This document shows positions 22,845 to 32,677 of a DNA stretch of 64,000 nt, in pieces. Source of the DNA: an uncultured Clostridia bacterium (GTDB taxonomy: Bacteria; Bacillota; Clostridia; Christensenellales; CAG-138); assembly GCA_946614035.1 (NCBI GenBank), contig CAMOGJ010000001.1, forward strand, positions 59,023 to 123,022, written 5' to 3'. Each line of letters begins with the position of its first letter. The first letter of the stretch is position 1. The notes under the pieces were generated by a model, which was not told where the DNA came from, did not search any database, and saw only the letters and a list, made by a program, of their open reading frames with translations. The position numbers were made by a program, and so were the translations under genes.

Positions 22845-25253
22845 TTACTCGTCCGAGCGGTAGGCGGAGACGACGTCGTCGTCAAGAACGACGGCGAGGA
22901 GCATTTCGCCCTTGGATGCCTTGGGTTCGATATGGATCTGCTCGGTGTTGAGCGGCGTCTTGGTGCCGTGGCGCTGTTCGATGATCAGGGTATACGGCGC
23001 CTGCACGGTGGCGGCATACGCGATGCGCGTGCCGTTGCTGCCGTTCTTGCGGAAGTCGAACGTCTTGACGCCCTTGCCGTTTCTGCCCTGCTGTTCGTAA
23101 TCGAACAGGAAGCTGCGCTTGCCGTAGCCGCGATCGGTCAGCACGATGAGTTCGCCCTCGTCGCCGACCGGCATGCACGCCATGACGCGGTCCTTCGGCT
23201 CCAGCTTGATGCCGATGACGCCCGCCGCCGCGCGGCCGGTCTCCGGCACGGAATCCGCGGCAAAGCGAATGCACATGCCGCGCTCGGTCACGAGCAGGAT
23301 ATCCATCGTGGGCATCGGGTACGCGCCCAAAAGCACATCCTTATCCTTGAGGTTCAGCGCCGCGGTGCGCTTGCCGCGCACGCGATAGTCCGCGGCTTTC
23401 GACCGCTTGACCATGCCGCCTGCGGTGCAGAACAGATAGCTGCCCTCGTCCACATCGCGGAACGCGCCGACGATCGTTTCGCCCTTCTCCAGCTCGACCA
23501 TGCTGACAAGGTTTGCCGCCCTTGCGCTCGCGCGCGTTTCGGGGATGTCGGAAACCTTCAGGTTCAGCATCGCACCGCGGTTGGTGAACAGGCGGATGCT
23601 CTCGTTGCTGTTGACCTCGATGATGCGCTCCGGCTTGTCGGCACGGATCTGCGAGAGGTTGAACTGGCGCTTGAGGCATTTGCGGATCTTGAGGTCCGCG
23701 CAGACCGCGACGATCATTTCCTCGACCGTCTCCGGCTCGTTCGCGGGCACCTCGACCTCGCCCTCGGCGGAGATGATCTGCGTCTTGCGCTTGCCGTCGA
23801 ACAGCTTGCGCACGTCCAGCAGTTCCTTTTTGATTAGGTGCACGAGCTTTGCGTCGGACGCAAGGATGCCTTCGAGCTCGGCAATCAGCTTCTTGACCTC
23901 TTTGTATTCCTTTTCGATGGCGAGCAGCTCGAGGTTCGTGAGCTTTTGGAGCCGCAGATCGAGGATCGCCTGCGCCTGCACCTCGGTGAGGTTGAAGGTC
24001 TTCATCAGCCCTTCGCGCGCTTCCTTCGGAGACTTGCTCGCGCGGATCAGCTTGATCACGCGGTCGAGGTTGTTGACCGCGACCATCAGACCTTCCAAAA
24101 TGTGGCAGCGCTTTCTTGCGATCTCCAGCTCGGTCTTGGTCCGCCGCGTGACGACCGCGCGCTGATGGCGCACGTAGTATTCGATGATCTGCTTGAGATT
24201 CAGCTGCTGCGGCTTGCCGTCGGCGATCGCCACGTAGTTCGCGCCGAACGTGCATTGCAGGTCGGAGTACTTGAACAGCAGCTGCAGAATGCGCTCCGGA
24301 TCGCCGTCCTTCTTGATTTCGATGACCGCGCGCGTGCCCATTCGGTCGCTCTCGTCGCGGATGTCGGAGACGGCGGCGAACATCGCCTTTTTCTCCTGCG
24401 TGATCTCCAGAATCTTCGAGAGGCAAGCCGCCTTGTTGACCTGATACGGGAACTCGTCGACGACGATGCGCGTCTTGCCGCCCTTGACCTCCTCAAAGTG
24501 CGTGCGCGCCCGCATCGTGAGCTTGCCGCGTCCGGTCTCGTAGCTTTGCGCGATCTCCGGCGATTCGAGCAGGAACCCGCCGGTCGGAAAGTCCGGCGCC
24601 GGCATGATCTTGATCAGGTCCGCGATCTTGATGCGCGGATTGTCGAGCACGGCGATGACTGCGTCGATCGCCTCGACCGGATTGTGCGGCGGGATCGAGG
24701 TCGCAAGACCGACTGCGATGCCGTTCGCGCCGTTGACGAGCAGGTTCGGGAACCTGCCGGGCAGCAGCTCCGGCTCCTTCAGGGTGTCGTCGAAGTTCCA
24801 GGTAAAGTCGACCGTGTCCTTGTCGATGTCCTTCAAAAGGAGCATCGCCGCATCGGTCATGCGCGCTTCGGTGTATCGCATTGCCGCGGCGGAGTCGCCG
24901 TCGACCGAGCCGAAGTTGCCGTGCCCGTCGACGAGGCATACGCCCATATTGAACGGCTGCGCCATGCGCACCATCGCGTCGTATACCGAGCTGTCGCCGT
25001 GCGGATGGTATTTACCGAGGCAGTCGCCGACGATACGCGCGCTCTTGCGGTGCGGCTTGTCGGGAGAGAGCCCCAGTTCCATCATCGTATAGAGGATGCG
25101 CCGCTGCACGGGCTTCAAGCCGTCCTCGACGCGCGGCAGAGCGCGCTCCAGGATGACGTGCTGCGCATACGGCATCATCGATTCGTGCATGACCTCGTCC
25201 ATGCTTTTTAAGAGGATGGTTTCGGTCACCGTGGGGGTCGTAGTCTTGGCCAT
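22845..25253 (-). CDS. DNA gyrase/topoisomerase IV subunit A (GyrA-like N-terminal domain, no GyrA-box seen)
   Basis: 802 aa. ...[14 protein letters not shown]..., ...[48 protein letters not shown]... includes the catalytic Tyr region. About 300 aa of C-terminal beta-pinwheel. I found no QxRGGxG GyrA-box at the start of the C-terminal domain. Confidence 0.85.
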   Translation of the reverse strand: MAKTTTPTVTETILLKSMDEVMHESMMPYAQHVILERALPRVEDGLKPVQRRILYTMMELGLSPDKPHRKSARIVGDCLGKYHPHGDSSVYDAMVRMAQPFNMGVCLVDGHGNFGSVDGDSAAAMRYTEARMTDAAMLLLKDIDKDTVDFTWNFDDTLKEPELLPGRFPNLLVNGANGIAVGLATSIPPHNPVEAIDAVIAVLDNPRIKIADLIKIMPAPDFPTGGFLLESPEIAQSYETGRGKLTMRARTHFEEVKGGKTRIVVDEFPYQVNKAACLSKILEITQEKKAMFAAVSDIRDESDRMGTRAVIEIKKDGDPERILQLLFKYSDLQCTFGANYVAIADGKPQQLNLKQIIEYYVRHQRAVVTRRTKTELEIARKRCHILEGLMVAVNNLDRVIKLIRASKSPKEAREGLMKTFNLTEVQAQAILDLRLQKLTNLELLAIEKEYKEVKKLIAELEGILASDAKLVHLIKKELLDVRKLFDGKRKTQIISAEGEVEVPANEPETVEEMIVAVCADLKIRKCLKRQFNLSQIRADKPERIIEVNSNESIRLFTNRGAMLNLKVSDIPETRASARAANLVSMVELEKGETIVGAFRDVDEGSYLFCTAGGMVKRSKAADYRVRGKRTAALNLKDKDVLLGAYPMPTMDILLVTERGMCIRFAADSVPETGRAAAGVIGIKLEPKDRVMACMPVGDEGELIVLTDRGYGKRSFLFDYEQQGRNGKGVKTFDFRKNGSNGTRIAYAATVQAPYTLIIEQRHGTKTPLNTEQIHIEPKASKGEMLLAVVLDDDVVSAYRSDE

Positions 25254-25256
25254 AGC

Positions 25257-27209
25257 TTACTCCTTGATCTTTTCAAACACGGCGTTGGACCGGTTGAAAT
25301 CGGCGTACTCGAAGATGTATTCCTTGCGCGACTGCACCTTGTCGCCCATCAGGACGGTAACGAGGTGCTCGACCTCCGCCGCGTCCTCGATCGTGACGCG
25401 CGTGAGCCGCCGCCGCTCCGGGTTCATCGTCGTTTCCCACAGCTGTTCGGGGTTCATCTCGCCGAGACCCTTGTAGCGCTGCAGAGTGTAGTTCTTGCCG
25501 GAAATGCCGCGCATCGCCGCCTTCAGCGCCGGATCGTCGTAGCAGTAGATTGGCTGCTGATTCGCCTTCTGCACGCGGTAAAGCGGCGCCATGCCGATAT
25601 AAACATGCCCTTCGGTGATCAGCGGGCGCATGTAGCGGTAGAAGAATGTCAGGAGGATCGCGCGGATGTGCGCGCCGTCCTGGTCCGCATCGGCAAGGAT
25701 GATGATTTTGTTGTACTTCAGCGAGCTGATGTCGAAGTCGTCGCCGATGCCGGTGCCGAGCGCCGTGATGATCGAACGGAACTCGTCGTTCTGCAGCACC
25801 TGTTCGAGTCGCTTCTTTTCGACGTTCAGCGGCTTGCCGCGCAGCGGCAGGATCGCCTGAAACTTGCGGTCGCGTCCCTGCTTCGCGCTGCCGCCTGCCG
25901 AGTCGCCCTCGACGATGAACAGCTCGTTCAAAGAATAGTCCCTGCCGGTGCAGCTACTGAGCTTTCCGACCAGCGGCGCGTTTTCAAGCTTGCTTTTTTC
26001 ACGCGCATTCTCCTTTGCCTTGCGCGCCGCGCTTCTCGCCTTCGCCGCCTTGACCGCTTTTTCCGCGATCAGGTTCGCGGTGTTCGCGTTCTTGAGGTTT
26101 TCGAGCCACGGTACGAGCGTCTGCTGCAGCACCGCTTCGACCGCCGGACGTGCCTCGGTGTTGCCGAGCTTCGTCTTGGTCTGTCCCTCGAACTGCACGG
26201 TGTGCATCTTCAGAGACAGCACCGCGGTCATGCCCTCGCGGAAATCCTCGCCCGCAAGCGATGGGTCCTTGTCCTTTAGGACGCCGTTTTTGCGGCAGTA
26301 GTCGTTGAAAATCTTCGTGATCGCCGCCTTGAAGCCGGTTTCATGCGTACCGCCCTCGGTCGTGGGAATGTTGTTCACGTACGACGCGATCGTCTCGGCG
26401 TACTCGTCGTTGTGCAGGATCGCGACCTCCACGCGAATGCCGTTCGACTCGCCGGACAGGTGGATCGGCGGATCGTACAGCGCGTTTTTGTCCTCCTGAA
26501 TGTAGCGCACAAAGTCCGAAAGCCCGCCGTCGTACTTGAATTCGGCGTGCTTCTGCTTGTCGCGGTTGTCGTCGAGCACGAGCTTGACCCCGCGATTCAG
26601 GTATGCAAGCTCGCGAAGCCGCTTCATGACCACCGAATACTGCATGTCGATCGTCTCGAACACGCGATCGTCGGGCAGAAACGTCACGACCGTGCCCTGC
26701 TTGCGCGTGCGGCCGATCTCGGTCAGCGGGTACTTCGGCTTTCCGGAAACGATCTTGCCCTCCTCGTTCTCGACACTCTCGAACTCGATGCGGTATGCGC
26801 GGTTCTCGTGGTACACGTCGACCTGCACCCAGCGCGACAGGGCATTGACGACCGACGCGCCGACGCCGTGCAGACCGCCCGAATACGAATACGCGGCGTT
26901 GCCGAACTTGCCGCCGGCGTGCAGCTGCGTAAAGACGACCTCAACGCCCGAAACGCCGAGCTTTTCATGGATGCCGACCGGAATGCCGCGCCCGTTGTCG
27001 CTGACGGTGACCGACCGGTCGCGGTTCAGCGTCACGGTAATCTCGTTCGCGTAGCCGTTCGCCGCTTCGTCGATCGAGTTGTCCACGATCTCCCAGAGCA
27101 GGTGATGCAGCCCGGGCAGACCGGTCGAGCCGATATACATGCCCGGACGCATGCGGACAGCGTCCAGCCCTTCCATGACGGTAATATTTTTGACGGAATA
27201 TTCTTCCAT
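25257..27209 (-). CDS. DNA gyrase/topoisomerase IV subunit B
   Basis: Track ORF trimmed to ATG 27209 (MEEYSVKNITVMEGLDAVRMRPGMYIG) behind GGAGG. GHKL ATPase motifs (...EIVDNSIDEA..., ...DNGRGIP..., ...GGLHGVGAS...) and a TOPRIM domain (...LFIVEGDSAGGSAKQGRDR..., ...ILADADQDGAHI...). Confidence 0.88.
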   Translation of the reverse strand: MEEYSVKNITVMEGLDAVRMRPGMYIGSTGLPGLHHLLWEIVDNSIDEAANGYANEITVTLNRDRSVTVSDNGRGIPVGIHEKLGVSGVEVVFTQLHAGGKFGNAAYSYSGGLHGVGASVVNALSRWVQVDVYHENRAYRIEFESVENEEGKIVSGKPKYPLTEIGRTRKQGTVVTFLPDDRVFETIDMQYSVVMKRLRELAYLNRGVKLVLDDNRDKQKHAEFKYDGGLSDFVRYIQEDKNALYDPPIHLSGESNGIRVEVAILHNDEYAETIASYVNNIPTTEGGTHETGFKAAITKIFNDYCRKNGVLKDKDPSLAGEDFREGMTAVLSLKMHTVQFEGQTKTKLGNTEARPAVEAVLQQTLVPWLENLKNANTANLIAEKAVKAAKARSAARKAKENAREKSKLENAPLVGKLSSCTGRDYSLNELFIVEGDSAGGSAKQGRDRKFQAILPLRGKPLNVEKKRLEQVLQNDEFRSIITALGTGIGDDFDISSLKYNKIIILADADQDGAHIRAILLTFFYRYMRPLITEGHVYIGMAPLYRVQKANQQPIYCYDDPALKAAMRGISGKNYTLQRYKGLGEMNPEQLWETTMNPERRRLTRVTIEDAAEVEHLVTVLMGDKVQSRKEYIFEYADFNRSNAVFEKIKE

Positions 27210-27336
27210 ATGGTGCCTCCGAATTTCAATTCTATCCATTATACCACAAGATGTTGTGCCTGTGCCGTTTTTCGACGCCGTATTTACGTTTTATTCATAT
27301 TTCATAGAAAATTCGCTTTTCTGACGCATTTGCATG

Positions 27337-27365
27337 GTGACAAGAATGCGCGATTGGTGTATAAT
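27337..27365 (+). promoter_or_regulatory. Putative sigma-A promoter of the dcw cluster
   Basis: GTGACA (27337-27342), 17-nt spacer, TATAAT (27360-27365), 48 nt upstream of rsmH in an AT-rich gap. Confidence 0.5.
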
Positions 27366-27413
27366 CTACTATGTATGTATATGTGGAAGTTTACCTTTCG
27401 AGAGAGGAGCTGT

Positions 27414-28376
27414 ATGGAAATCCGATTCGCGCACACGCCGATCATGGTGGAGGACGTTCTGCACCTTCTTGCGCCAGAACGCGGCGGCATCTTTGTCGAC
27501 GGAACGCTCGGCGGCGGCGGTCATGCCGAGGCGGTTTTGACGCGCCTTCCCGCGGACGGACGCCTTTACGGGATCGATCGCGACGACGACGCGCTGCGGG
27601 CGGCAGGTGAGCGGCTTGCGCCGTTCGGACATCGCTTCACGGCGATCAAGGGTAACTTCTTTGACATGAAAGCGCTGCTGCATGCGCAGGGCGTCGAACG
27701 GGTCGACGGGATCCTGCTCGATCTCGGCGTCAGCTCGTATCAGCTCGACGCGGCGGAGCGCGGCTTTTCGTACAAGCACGAGGCACCGCTCGACATGCGC
27801 ATGGATCAGAGCGCGCCGCTGTCGGCGCGGGACGTGGTCAATGCGTGGCCGGAGGAGGAGCTGAAGCGCATTTTCTGGGAGTACGGCGAGGAGAAGTTCT
27901 CCGGCAGGATCGCGCACCGCATCGTCGAACAGCGCGCGGCCGGCGCGATCGAAACGACGACGGAGCTTGCCGCGCTGATCAAAGGCGCGATTCCCTCGAA
28001 GTTTCGCAACGAGGCGCAGCATCCGGCGCGCCGCTGTTTTCAGGCGATCCGCATCGCGGTCAACGGCGAGCTCGACGGGCTGGCGGATGCGATCGAAAGC
28101 GCGCACGACTTACTGAACGTCGGCGGACGGCTTGCGGTCATCACCTTCCATTCGCTGGAGGACCGCATCGTCAAGAACGCGTTCCGCACGTTCGAAAACC
28201 CCTGCACCTGCCCGAAAACCGCGCCGGTGTGCATTTGCGGCAAAAAACCGACCGCACAGGTGCTGACGCGCCATCCGATCGTCGCTTCGGAGCAGGAACA
28301 GACCGAAAATTCACGCTCGACGTCCGCAAAGCTGCGGGCAATCGTGCGCATCGATCCCGATACGGGAACATATTGA
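27414..28376 (+). CDS. rsmH: 16S rRNA (cytosine1402-N4)-methyltransferase
   Basis: Track ORF 26343..28376 trimmed to ATG 27414 (MEIRFAHTPIMVEDVLHLL...FVDGTLGGGGHAEA) behind GAGAGGAG. ...DLGVSSYQLD...RGFS... motifs. First gene of the dcw cluster. Confidence 0.92.
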   Translation: MEIRFAHTPIMVEDVLHLLAPERGGIFVDGTLGGGGHAEAVLTRLPADGRLYGIDRDDDALRAAGERLAPFGHRFTAIKGNFFDMKALLHAQGVERVDGILLDLGVSSYQLDAAERGFSYKHEAPLDMRMDQSAPLSARDVVNAWPEEELKRIFWEYGEEKFSGRIAHRIVEQRAAGAIETTTELAALIKGAIPSKFRNEAQHPARRCFQAIRIAVNGELDGLADAIESAHDLLNVGGRLAVITFHSLEDRIVKNAFRTFENPCTCPKTAPVCICGKKPTAQVLTRHPIVASEQEQTENSRSTSAKLRAIVRIDPDTGTY

Positions 28377-28394
28377 TTAGAAAGGAGCCGCGGC

Positions 28395-28913
28395 ATGGAC
28401 GTCTCGTTCGACAGGGACCCACGCAAGATTCATAATCCGCAGACGCGCATTTTCTCGCCGACCCAGACGGGCACGCCCGCGCCGGTTCTGGAGGACGCGT
28501 CGATGCCCGTGCGTCCGCAGCCGACCAAGGAGGAACGCACCGCAAAAAAGACCCGCATGATCGTGCGGCTGTCCACGTCCTCGAAGGTGCTGATCCTGCT
28601 CTCGGTGTTCGCGATCGCCGCTACGGCGCTGCTTGCACTGTTCGGTTCGGCGGAGTACGCGCGCATCGTCAGCGATACGGCGACGGTCAATTCGGAAATC
28701 GAAACGTACAACGAACAGATTTCCCAGATTCGCAAGTCGCAAAGCTCGATGAACGACTTTGCCACGATCAACGAGATCTGCCGCAACCGCGGCATGACCA
28801 TGAACTGGTACCGGGGAGACAGCGCATCCGGCGCACCGGTCTCTTCGCCGGTATCCGGTAGCGCCGCGCCGCAGGCAACGCCCGCCGCGACGCCCGAAAC
28901 AAACGGAGATTGA
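28395..28913 (+). CDS. FtsL-like cell-division protein (bitopic, coiled coil)
   Basis: 172 aa behind AAAGGAG. One TM helix (VLILLSVFAIAATALLALFG) followed by a short coiled coil (...VNSEIETYNEQISQIRKSQSSMND...). Position between rsmH and the PBP gene matches ftsL. Sequence similarity itself is not assessable by eye. Confidence 0.55.
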   Translation: MDVSFDRDPRKIHNPQTRIFSPTQTGTPAPVLEDASMPVRPQPTKEERTAKKTRMIVRLSTSSKVLILLSVFAIAATALLALFGSAEYARIVSDTATVNSEIETYNEQISQIRKSQSSMNDFATINEICRNRGMTMNWYRGDSASGAPVSSPVSGSAAPQATPAATPETNGD

Positions 28914-28917
28914 TTGC

Positions 28918-31227
28918 ATGAAATTGAACCGATCCGATGCCAAGCCGATCGCTGCCGGTACGAAGGTTCGCCGCAGCAGGAACGGTCGGGTTCGCATCGC
29001 ACCGCAAAAAAGAAAACTGCTGGTCGCCATGCTGTTCGCAGGGCTTGCTTTCGCGCTCGTCATCGGCAAGCTGTTTGTCGTGTCGTTGGTGCAGGGCAAG
29101 GACTGGACGAACAAGGCGATGCGGCAATGGACGCGCGTCGTGTCCTTAAAGGCGGAGCGCGGCAAGATCCTCGACCGCAACGGCACGGTGCTTGCCTCGT
29201 CGTACACGACATATCAGGTCTGCGTGAACCCGCAGAACATTCAGGCGAGCGACCGCGAGCGAATCGCGAACATCCTGTCGATGTATCTGGATCTCGATTA
29301 TGACACCGTCTACGCGAAGATTCAGAAGAAGCGCAGGGTTGCCGTTTCCACGCCCGTGCCGACCCCGACGCCCGACCCGAACGCGGTCATCGACCCGAAT
29401 CAGCCCGTCGCGACCGCGGACCCCGGCACGTATCAGGAAGTGCTGCTGTCGCAGGTCAAGATCAAGGACCAGGTCGATAAGGAAGTCATTTCGAAGCTCA
29501 ACTCGATGCAGCTCGGCAGCGGCGTGAGCTACTATTCCGACGTCAAGCGCGACTATCCGGAGTCCGGCTACTACGCGCAGCTGATCGGGTTTACGAACAT
29601 CGACGGCGACGGACAGACCGGCGTCGAGCTGACCTACAACAAGGAGCTTGCGGGAACCGACGGCTATCAAAAGACCGACACCGACCGCGACAACAATCCG
29701 GTTCCGGGCGGCGAGGAGGAGTACATCGAATCGATCCCGGGCGCGAACGTCGTTTTGACGACGGACACGGGTCTGCAGGGCATTCTCGAAAATGCGCTTG
29801 AGGAGGCATGCTCGATCAACAACGCCAAGACCGCCTCGGGCGTGCTGCTCGATGCGAACACCGGCGCGATCCTGGCGATCGGCTCATATCCGAGCTTCGA
29901 TTCCTCGAATCCGCCGCGTTCCGACGCAAAGACGCTGCTGGAGCTTTCGAAGAACCGCATCGTGACCGATACGTACGAGCCCGGCTCGACGTTCAAGGTC
30001 GTCACGCTCGCGGCGGCGCTCGAATCCGGCGCGGTCACGCTCGGCACCGAGTTCAACTGCAAGGGCTCGCTGACGATCAAGGGCGAAAAGATCAAGTGCT
30101 GGAAGAGCGGCGGTCACGGACGCGAAACGCTGGCGGAAGCGGTGGCGAACAGCTGCAATCCGGCGTTTATGTCGATGGCGCTCAAGATGGGCATCGACAC
30201 GTTTTACGACTACATCTTCAGGTTCGGTTTCGGCGAATCGACCGGCAGCGGCGTCATGGGCGAAACGAGCGGCACGGTCACGCACAAGAAGTACATCCGC
30301 GATGCGGACCTTGCGCGCATCGGTTTCGGACAGAGCGTCAGCTGCACCGGCATGCAGCTTGCGATGGCGTTCACCGCGTGCATCAACGGCGGCGAGCTGT
30401 TGAAGCCGTACGTCATTTCGGAGATCGTCGATCAGGACGGAATCGTGCTGCAAAGAAACGAGCGCACCGTCGTGCGGCAGGTGATTACGCCGTCGACGTC
30501 CGCTATGATCCGCTCGCTGCTGCGAAACGTCGTCGAGCACGGCAGCGGCAAGAACGCGCAGGTTTACGGCTATTCGGTCGGCGGCAAGACGGGCACCTCG
30601 CAGAAGTACGAGGAGGACGGAAGCGTTTCGAAGACCAAGCTGATCGCGTCGTTCATCGGCTTCGCGCCGGTCGACGATCCGCAGTTCGTGTGCCTGATCA
30701 TCGTCGACGAGCCGCAGGTGCCGCAGGTGTACGGCAGCACGGTCGCGGCGCCGTTCGTACAGGAAGTGCTGGCGAGTGCGCTCTCGTATACGGGCGTGCA
30801 GCCGGACAACGCAAACCAGTCGGTCATGGTGCCGAACATCAAGGGACTGACCGTTTCGCAGGCGGCACGCATCTTAAAGGATGCGGGGCTCGAAGCGGTG
30901 TATCTCGAAGCGGAAGCGGATTCGACGGTGGGCAATCAGTCGCCCGCGCCGAACACGGTGGTCGTGCGCGGCAGCACGGTGCTGCTGTATTCGACCGGCT
31001 ATGCGTTCTTTGCGGAACTCAACGAGGAAGTCGAAATGGTTGAGGTGCCGGATGTGTACGGCAAGAACCGCATGGACGCGCTGGACACGCTGAAAAAAGC
31101 GGGACTCATCATGGACTACGATCGCCGCAGCTGTGCGGGAACCGTGTCGTATCAGGACGTGACGGCGGGCTTTAAGGTGCCGGTCGGGACGGTCGTGTAC
31201 GTGTGGTTCGAAATCAAAGAAGATTAA
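28918..31227 (+). CDS. Class B penicillin-binding protein (FtsI/PBP2B/SpoVD-type) with two C-terminal PASTA domains
   Basis: 769 aa. N-terminal TM anchor, dimerisation domain, and transpeptidase motifs STFK (EPGSTFKVVT), SCN (VANSCNPAF) and KTGT (GGKTGTSQ). Two PASTA-like repeats (VPNIKGLTVSQAARILKDAGL..., VPDVYGKNRMDALDTLKKAGL...). Confidence 0.9.
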   Translation: MKLNRSDAKPIAAGTKVRRSRNGRVRIAPQKRKLLVAMLFAGLAFALVIGKLFVVSLVQGKDWTNKAMRQWTRVVSLKAERGKILDRNGTVLASSYTTYQVCVNPQNIQASDRERIANILSMYLDLDYDTVYAKIQKKRRVAVSTPVPTPTPDPNAVIDPNQPVATADPGTYQEVLLSQVKIKDQVDKEVISKLNSMQLGSGVSYYSDVKRDYPESGYYAQLIGFTNIDGDGQTGVELTYNKELAGTDGYQKTDTDRDNNPVPGGEEEYIESIPGANVVLTTDTGLQGILENALEEACSINNAKTASGVLLDANTGAILAIGSYPSFDSSNPPRSDAKTLLELSKNRIVTDTYEPGSTFKVVTLAAALESGAVTLGTEFNCKGSLTIKGEKIKCWKSGGHGRETLAEAVANSCNPAFMSMALKMGIDTFYDYIFRFGFGESTGSGVMGETSGTVTHKKYIRDADLARIGFGQSVSCTGMQLAMAFTACINGGELLKPYVISEIVDQDGIVLQRNERTVVRQVITPSTSAMIRSLLRNVVEHGSGKNAQVYGYSVGGKTGTSQKYEEDGSVSKTKLIASFIGFAPVDDPQFVCLIIVDEPQVPQVYGSTVAAPFVQEVLASALSYTGVQPDNANQSVMVPNIKGLTVSQAARILKDAGLEAVYLEAEADSTVGNQSPAPNTVVVRGSTVLLYSTGYAFFAELNEEVEMVEVPDVYGKNRMDALDTLKKAGLIMDYDRRSCAGTVSYQDVTAGFKVPVGTVVYVWFEIKED

Positions 31228-31242
31228 GACAGGAGAAACGAT

Positions 31243-32676
31243 ATGCTGTTATCGAACATTGCCGCCGATCTCCGGCTGCCGGTCACCGGCGGCGACGCGG
31301 AGATCACTTCGGTCGAATACGATTCGCGAAAGGTCAGGGAAGGCAGTCTGTTCTGCTGCATGAAAGGGCTCGTTTCCGACGGGCACAACTTCGCCGCGCA
31401 GGCGGTGGAGAAGGGCGCAGCGGCGCTGATCGTCGAACACCTGCTGCCGCTCGACGTGCCGCAGGTCGTCGCGCCGGACGGACGCGTCGCGATGGCGCAT
31501 GCCGCCGCCGCGTTCTACAACCACCCCGAGCGCGAGATGATCATGCTCGGCGTGACGGGCACGAACGGCAAGACGAGCACGACCTATATGGTCAAGTCGA
31601 TCGCGGAGGCAGCCGGCAAAAAGGTGGGACTGATCGGCACGATCCACAACATGATCGGCGACGAGATGTTCGAAACCGGTCGCACGACGCCCGAATCGGC
31701 GGACCTGTTCGCGCTGCTGCGCCGCATGGCGGACGAGCGCGTCGACCTCGTGATCATGGAGGTTTCGAGCCATGCGCTCGTGCAGGACCGCGTCGCAGGG
31801 ATCCCGTTCCGCGTCGCGCTGTTCACAAACCTCACGCAGGATCACCTCGATTATCACAAGACCTTCGATCATTATCTCGAAGCGAAAAAGCTGCTGTTCA
31901 AGCAGAGCGACCTCGCGATCGTCAACATCGACGACGCCTATGCCGAGCGCATGATGGACGGGCTTACGATCCCGATCAAGACGATGGGCATTCAGCACCG
32001 CGCGGACTACACGGCGCTCAACATCGACATCCGCACCGACGGCGTGAGCTTCCATCTGCGCACCCCGAACGGCGAAGGTCCGGTGCGCATGCACATTTCC
32101 GGTCTGTTCTCGGTGTACAACGCGATGGGCGCGGCGGCGATCACGCAGTCGATCGGCATCTCGTTTGCGGACATCCTGAAGGGACTTGAGTCGCTGTCCG
32201 GCGTATCGGGACGACTCCAGTCGGTGGATACGAACGGGCGTCCGTTCGCGGTGTACGTGGACTACGCGCACACGCCGGACGCGCTCGAAAATGTTTTGAC
32301 CTCGGTTCGGCAGTTCGCAAAGGCGCGCGTCGTCAGTCTGTTCGGCTGCGGCGGCGACCGCGACCGCTCGAAGCGTCCGCTGATGGGCGAGATCGGCGGG
32401 CGGCACTCGGACTTTGTCGTCGTCACGAGCGACAATCCGCGCACCGAAAACCCGGAGGACATCGTGCGCGCCGTGGAGCTCGGCGTGCAGAAGAGCGGCA
32501 CGCCGTACCGGTCGATCATCAACCGCCGCGAGGCGATCGCCTTTGCGCTGTCGATGCTCGAAGCGGACGACATCCTTGTCATCGCGGGCAAGGGACACGA
32601 GAACTATCAGGAAATCAACGGCGTCAAGCACCATTTCGACGATCGCGAAATCGTCGAGGAGCTTTTGAAGAACTGA
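31243..32676 (+). CDS. murE: UDP-N-acetylmuramoyl-L-alanyl-D-glutamate--2,6-diaminopimelate ligase
   Basis: 477 aa behind AGGAGAA. P-loop GVTGTNGKTST. The DNPR motif (VVTSDNPRTE) is associated with meso-DAP-adding MurE. Confidence 0.92.
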   Translation: MLLSNIAADLRLPVTGGDAEITSVEYDSRKVREGSLFCCMKGLVSDGHNFAAQAVEKGAAALIVEHLLPLDVPQVVAPDGRVAMAHAAAAFYNHPEREMIMLGVTGTNGKTSTTYMVKSIAEAAGKKVGLIGTIHNMIGDEMFETGRTTPESADLFALLRRMADERVDLVIMEVSSHALVQDRVAGIPFRVALFTNLTQDHLDYHKTFDHYLEAKKLLFKQSDLAIVNIDDAYAERMMDGLTIPIKTMGIQHRADYTALNIDIRTDGVSFHLRTPNGEGPVRMHISGLFSVYNAMGAAAITQSIGISFADILKGLESLSGVSGRLQSVDTNGRPFAVYVDYAHTPDALENVLTSVRQFAKARVVSLFGCGGDRDRSKRPLMGEIGGRHSDFVVVTSDNPRTENPEDIVRAVELGVQKSGTPYRSIINRREAIAFALSMLEADDILVIAGKGHENYQEINGVKHHFDDREIVEELLKN

Positions 32677-32677
32677 G

